From Octopus bimaculoides (lineage: Eukaryota), in assembly GCF_001194135.2 (NCBI RefSeq), contig NC_068984.1:105716041-105758858 (forward strand): DNA of 42,818 nucleotides, in the 5' to 3' direction. The first letter of the stretch is position 1, and each line of letters begins with the position of its first letter. This document shows positions 36,692 through 42,818 of the stretch, piece by piece. The translations under genes and the position numbers were made by a program. The notes under the pieces were generated by a model that was not told the origin of the DNA, did no database searches, and saw nothing but the letters and a program-made list of their open reading frames with translations.

Positions 36692-36764
36692 CTGAAGATG
36701 GCACTGCATTTAAACTGATGTAATGATTGCATTGTTCAATTAAATGGAGCCCCCTGAAACGGTC
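36692..36764 (+). ncRNA. Degenerate hammerhead-like motif
   Basis: CTGAAGA-T-GGC..GCC-CCCT-GAAAC-GG-TC with an extended helix II (CATTTAA/TTAAATG). Helix I is poor. Confidence 0.4.
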
Positions 36765-38150
36765 ATACTCCTTCACTACCTGATATCCTGTTGCTTATTT
36801 TGATTATATATATNNNNNNNNNNNNNNNNNNNNNNNNNCATACATTCGTATGTATGTATGTATGTATGTATGTATGTATGTGTGTATGTATGTATGTATG
36901 TATGTGTGTATGCATGCATGCAGGCATGCATGTATGAACGTATGAAAATATATATATATTTATGTATGTATGTATGTATGTATGTATGTATGTGTGTGTG
37001 TGTGTATGTGTATAAATGCACGCACATATTGTACATATATATAAATATATAAACTTTACTTTTCGCTCAAAAATTTACAAAATGCTTCTCTGGTTTCAGC
37101 CGTTTACGAATTCAGAGGCGTCGAAAAGAAACAAATCAACGATCGCATATGTTACACACAATATACAAAATGTTGAATAAGTTCAATAACCGCAGAAAAC
37201 CTTTCTTCTTTGTTGGAACCTAAAAGAATATTACACAATACTGTCTGACCTTTTCGCCTCTAGGCATTTTAAATAATTTCAATAATTAAAAAACAAAAAC
37301 AAAAACAAGATAATTGAATGTGAGTTCTAGGTTAAAACTAACTTCTTTTTACTCGTATGGAGCTTGTATCAGGATAGTACAACAGTTTATTATGTCTAGC
37401 TGTTAGACATAATAAAATAATATTTCATAAAATAGTTTGAATTCAGCAACCTACATCTTCACTCAATGGTTTTGTCGAAAAATCGTTTTTTTTTTATTGA
37501 AATATTTAAAAATGCCTTAGGAAACATACTTATATACTGCTGTTACAGGCTTCGACCAAATCAGTAGGTTTCCTACTTTTAACATTGTAGTCAATGGTTT
37601 TATTTCGAATGTTAATATAAAGTTTTTTGTATTAATTTCTATTATTGTTTGAGAATCTATAAAGCATTGAACACAAGGTTTCAATTCAGGAAGTTTCAAC
37701 TCAAAATATTAAAAGCATTTTTAATTATACAGAATGTTCAGGCAAAATCTGACGATTCTTCATGTTTTCTTCATTTTTTAGGAACAACATGATGTATTGG
37801 TGAACAATCAACAGTGTTGGAGAGCATAAAGATTAAAGTTGTAGCCGAGAAAATGTTAGCTTACACGGAAGACTAGAAGTCATTTGAATATTGGAAAAGT
37901 GTCACTTGTGTCATGACATGCCGGATGTCAAAATGCCGACATTATGACTACTGCTCATTGCTCTGAGAACACTGTAAAGGCTGTAAAATGTGACATGGAC
38001 AGCTGCAGTAGGTTTATCTGAAATGTGTTTTTTCACCATTTCACCTAATTTTGATCTTAACAATCATCAGTTGTGTTGAAGTCCCTACTTTGATGATCAA
38101 TTAGCTTAGTCTAACTTTCAGCCCCAGATTGAGCTAGAGAGTATAACATT

Positions 38151-38197
38151 TCACGTTGAACCTCTCACGTTGAACCTCTCAGTTCACGTTGAACCTC
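38151..38197 (+). repeat. TCACGTTGAACCTC x3 short tandem repeat
   Basis: Copies at 38151, 38165 and 38184. Confidence 0.9.
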
Positions 38198-38886
38198 TCA
38201 GCTTGCGATTTCTTCTCTTGAGTCAAGTTACTCCGAGGAAAGCTATATTCATGCATTTCAATTCCACACATTACCGAAACTTTGTAGTCAGTAGAAATGA
38301 GAGCAATATTGGAGATGGCATCACTGAAACGAATGACGGCTCAGAATTATGTTCTTTTGATACTTATAACCATCCGATTGGTCTCCTCTAAATGTTAGTC
38401 ACAAACCTTTGGAAAATGACACTCCACATAGTTTCTGCAAGAAAGGTAAGCAGTTTTGATGATGATTGTGATGCAGTTTCATCATTGTTGGTCTTCACTG
38501 ACTGTCATATTATACAGCCCTTTCTCTTCTCTTCCCCTAACTTTTTTCTCTGTCTGTCTCAGAGGTCGAAAATAATTGCTTAAATTCACGCGGAGTACAT
38601 AAAACAGGGACAACTGATGAAGGGAATGTTCTTTATATTACCTGTCACGTTTCTGTATTTGTTTCTTTCGTTGTTCGAAAAAAAGTTCGTTTTTCATGCT
38701 TTTGATTTTGTTCTCGCTTCTCATTTTGCTCAAGTTTTTTTGACGTCCTGTAACCATATATGCATGTATATATACACGTATATGTAGGCATATACATGTA
38801 TGTGTGTATATATGCATATATATATATATATATATTATTTACATTATTTTATGATCGAACGCCACGCATCCATTTCCAAGTAAGTA

Positions 38887-38930
<44 letters not shown>

Positions 38931-39468
38931 NNNNNNNNNNNNNNNNNNNNNNNNNNNNNNNNNNNNNNNNNNNNNNNNNNNNNNNNNNNNNNNNNNNNNN
39001 NNNNNNNNNNNNNNNNNNNNNNNNNNNNNNNNNNNNNNNNNNNNNNNNNNNNNNNNNNNNNNNNNNNNNNNNNNNNNNNNNNNNNNNNNNNNNNNNNNNN
39101 NNNNNNNNNNNNNNNNNNNNNNNNNNNNNNNNNNNNNNNNNNNNNNNNNNNNNNNNNNNNNNNNNNNNNNNNNNNNNNNNNNNNNNNNNNNNNNNNNNNN
39201 NNNNNNNNNNNNNNNNNNNNNNNNNNNNNNNNNNNNNNNNNNNNNNNNNNNNNNNNNNNNNNNNNNNNNNNNNNNNNNNNNNNNNNNNNNNNNNNNNNNN
39301 NNNNNNNNNNNNNNNNNNNNNNNNNNNNNNNNNNNNNNNNNNNNNNNNNNNNNNNNNNNNNNNNNNNNNNNNNNNNNNNNNNNNNNNNNNNNNNNNNNNN
39401 NNNNNNNNNNNNNNNNNNNNNNNNNNNNNNNNNNNNNNNNNNNNNNNNNNNNNNNNNNNNNNNNNNNN

Positions 39469-39512
<44 letters not shown>

Positions 39513-39996
39513 TATATATATGTCCATATATGTATATGTATGTATGTATATAATATATATATATATATACACACATATATGTGTGTATGCGCGTGCGCGT
39601 GTGTGTAAATTATTTCTTCTACCGGATATCTTCACCTCGAAAAGTCCTTGTCATGTCACAGTTAACAATTGAACAGAGACAGAAGAAAGCGAAAGAAAGA
39701 AAAGAAAATAACGAATTTAGCACAAATCTCTTGTCTGTCGAGACCGAAACGAAATTGATCGCTCTCATATAGTGTTGAGATATTCCTACCAATCAATCTT
39801 TGTAGTGTTTCATTTCCGTACTTGTATCTACGAATCATAAAAGAAATTATTACATTGTTTTTTTAACTTCGACAGAAACAGAAAAAGATTTACGACAAAT
39901 GTCCGTTTTCGAATAATATTCTTCTAAAAAGTCTAAATTAGTCATTTAATTCACGACAAATATATGCATACATCACCATTTACTATTACTTCAAGA

Positions 39997-40180
39997 AAGA
40001 CAGCGAGCTGGCAGGATCATTACCACGCCGGGAATAAAGCTTAGCGGCATTTCACCCGTCTGTACGCGTGTGAATTCAAATGCCATCGAGGTCAATTTTG
40101 CCTTTCATCATTTAGATCTAATCGACTTATACCCTCCGCTGAAATTGCTGGCCTTGTGCCAAACTTTGAAGCCAATGTTA
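39997..40180 (+). mobile_element. tRNA-derived SINE with an internal deletion
   Basis: GCGAGCTGGCAGGATCATTACCACGCCGGG..TTTTGCCTTTCATC..TGGCCTTGTGCCAAACTTTGAA; same family as 20467-20737. Confidence 0.8.
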
Positions 40181-41039
40181 ACTCTAGATCATCCAGCAGA
40201 ACGTCTATGTATACGAATAGTAGTATTTGGGGATATTTGGTAACGCTATATCAATGAGTTGAAGAACTACGATTTGTATGCCGTAAGGTATAGGTTTTCT
40301 GTTTCTTCTTTCTTCCGCGTCTATGTTCCCTTGTAATTTTTAGTTTATATCTCAAAGGTCTAAATACTTCTGGTAAGTAAATATTTGTCGTCAAGTCAAT
40401 CTTTTATTGAACGTAGAGTGGTATTGTTACAGAGCCACAAAAAAAAAAATGTGATAATTCATCGATAAAGTGTCTTAATCTAGACAGCTAAATACCTAAA
40501 TAGCTACGCTGGTAGCAATATCTACATAGCATTTGGATTCGAACATCTTAATTTCGGCCTCGATAGACAGGAGTTGATATTATTTTATGCATCCTTCGAG
40601 CTGGAGGGCCCCGCGGTGAACATGGAAGCCGCGGGCATGAGCCCGCGTGAGGTCGATTGCGAGTGCACATCTCGAAATACTTTTTGCTAGAAGAGAAAAA
40701 GAAACTTATAAAATCTATATTTATTTTGTTATAACTTACAAATCCCTGATCGACTTCATCAATATTATTCTTCAAAATAGCCTCAAATATCACGTTAATG
40801 CATACATACTTACATAAATACATAACACACGCGCACACACATGCACACACACGCACACATAGACACAGACAGAGATACACACAGGCATATATATATATAT
40901 ATACATACATATACATACAATCATGCATACATTCATACATACTTACATGCGTGCATACATACATACAAACATACATACATACATACATACGTACATACAT
41001 ACAGATAGACCCAAAACCTGTGCATTAATTTTCTCTCTA

Positions 41040-42290
41040 TCTCTCCTGTCCCGTACAAAGAATGCTACATGTACCTAGGCATTGATGAAAGCATATGAAG
41101 GTACAGTGAATAAAGATAGAATGACCTGAGAATATTATGCCAGAGTTAGAAAAATATGGCAGTCGGAACTCACCTCTTACAAGACACTATGCGTTTGCAG
41201 TACCAGTGCAGATTCCAACATTTGGGATTCTTGACTGTTCTCTAGAAGAAATCCACTCTATAGAGATATCAACTGGCTCTGCCTAAGAGGAGAAAAGGAG
41301 GTAGAGGCCTGAGATCAGTGCAGATAACTTTGAATGTCGTATAGTGTCACTCAGACAGTAATTTTTAAGGAACAACAACAAAAATGAATACATTAACTTA
41401 GTGCTGAAAAGTGAAGAGAACAATATCATACGAGTCGGCTGTGAGCTTCTCTCTTCCTGATGACCTCCCATACAACCTTTAAACAACTAAATTAACATAC
41501 CTAAACGAAGACCTGAATGCGAAACGCTTAGCATTCCAGATTATGCATAGATGTGTTTCCAGGAGACTTAACTATAACAGTAACATCGACAAGAAGCGAA
41601 GCCTCTCTTGGACTCGTGACCGCTATTTTACATCACACTTCGAGGCTATTTGCAATCCAAGAGCAGAAGATTGCATCGAAATACCCCAATAAGCAAAAAA
41701 GACAGTGAAACCTTTGGAACTCCAAGATGCAACTGAAAATGTAGATTATGTCATATTTCTGTGGAAGACATCTCACATTTGATTAGCATCTGCCCAAAAA
41801 TGTCATCAAGATACTACCTCCCTAAGCGACACGAAGTTGTAGCAGAAATAATATGTAACGCCATTCGGAAAAAAGACTGTCTTGGAATAAACATTGAGAA
41901 CTTCCTGTTATTGAATACGTACACAAACATCAACTCAAGGAATGCTGATGGAAGATTCCCATCAGAACATCTTTCAAGGCAAAACATAACAGGCCAGATA
42001 TTGTTGTTTGAGACAACAAGTATGTACCATCAAAGAGGTCAGCTGTCCTGCTCATGTGGATACCTCTTTGAAAATCAAAGAGAAATAAGCTTAACTATGT
42101 ACAACTGCTTCGAAACTTCGAGATTGTAAATTCACATTTACACCTATAATAATTGGTGCACTTGGTTTTGTGAGTAAATGCCTAAGTAGCAATTAGGAAA
42201 AGCTAGGGTTCTCGAACATGGAAACTAAAATCTGTAAGTAGAATAGTAAAAATATGCAAGACTTTTCTCAAGTTTAAAGTTTGACATTAC
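41040..42290 (+). pseudogene. R4/Dong-type LINE 3' relic (RT thumb, CCHC knuckle, restriction-like endonuclease)
   Basis: AVPVQIPTFGILD, FAIQEQ, C..CHISVEDISHLISIC, RYYLPKRHEVV, KHNRPDIVV, EVSCP, TPIIIGALG and ICKTFLKF. Confidence 0.85.
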
Positions 42291-42423
42291 TTTTGTTATC
42301 TGCATACCAACGAAGAGCTTTGTATCTTTGTTAGAAACCAGCTCCTTCATCAGAGGAAGAATTTAGATAATTAAAAGAATAGAACATACGTATTTATAAA
42401 TTTATATAGTTAAATTGATTTTG

Positions 42424-42518
<95 letters not shown>

Positions 42519-42639
42519 ATGGACTCGCCCATCGAAGACGACGTACGAGCGTTCAGCTTTTGCTGAATGATCTGCACAAATGATTTGTTTATAGTGATCA
42601 AATGTACATGCAGCACATTAGCTCACCCTCTTCATCAAA

Positions 42640-42813
42640 TCGACTTTGTATGAACCGGTGCACTGTATACCACACGTCAGGTACCGAAGTGATCGCAGAG
42701 CAACGTGAATTGAAATGTCTTGCTCTAGAATACAGCGCACTACCAAATATAGGAATTGAAACTATGATCTAGCGATCATCAGTGTAATACCCTAACCACT
42801 AAGCCATGCGCCC
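42640..42813 (-). mobile_element. tRNA-derived SINE with a CORE/V-like central segment (second family)
   Basis: Minus strand GGGCGCATGGCTTAGTGGTTAGGGT (A box), degenerate B box GTTTCAATTCC, then AGCAAGACATTTCAATTCACGTTGCTC. Confidence 0.75.
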
Positions 42814-42818
42814 TATAT

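Larger units (their letters stand above)
536..39468. other. Twelve assembly gaps (~4.1 kb in total)
   Basis: N runs at 536-788, 2211-2488, 8791-9251, 16520-17402, 18168-18340, 23794-24133, 24597-24651, 29010-29150, 31044-31053, 31486-32412, 36814-36838 and 38931-39468. Most are flanked by dinucleotide microsatellites. Confidence 0.98.

Noticed and set aside
37782-38010. Strong polypyrimidine acceptor suggesting an exon
   Set aside because: All three frames hit a stop within 16 codons.

Overview
AT-rich eukaryotic genomic DNA with about 4.1 kb of assembly gaps, most of them flanked by (TA)n microsatellites. The SINE families and microsatellite load suggest a cephalopod, probably Octopus (inference). 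No intact host protein-coding gene is supportable; the window is a transposon graveyard. It holds three Penelope-like element (PLE) coding relics, an ISL2EU-type two-gene DNA transposon (THAP-DDE transposase plus SWIM/YqaJ gene) nested inside a hAT-like element with TIRs and an 8-bp TSD, four R4/Dong-type LINE fragments, a CR1/L2-type LINE, Helitron, Tc1/mariner and MITE relics, and several tRNA-derived SINEs. Three observations stand out. (1) In a C-terminal GIY-YIG PLE fragment all three internal stops are TGA and two align to Cys in a sister copy, so selenocysteine recoding is possible. (2) A TSD-bounded insertion combines a tRNA-like head with a hammerhead-bearing PLE-type tail that shares 19 nt with the 3' end of the PLE it sits in, a candidate PLE-mobilised SINE. 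(3) The hAT/ISL2EU composite may have moved as a unit. Several degenerate minimal hammerhead motifs are also scattered through the window.
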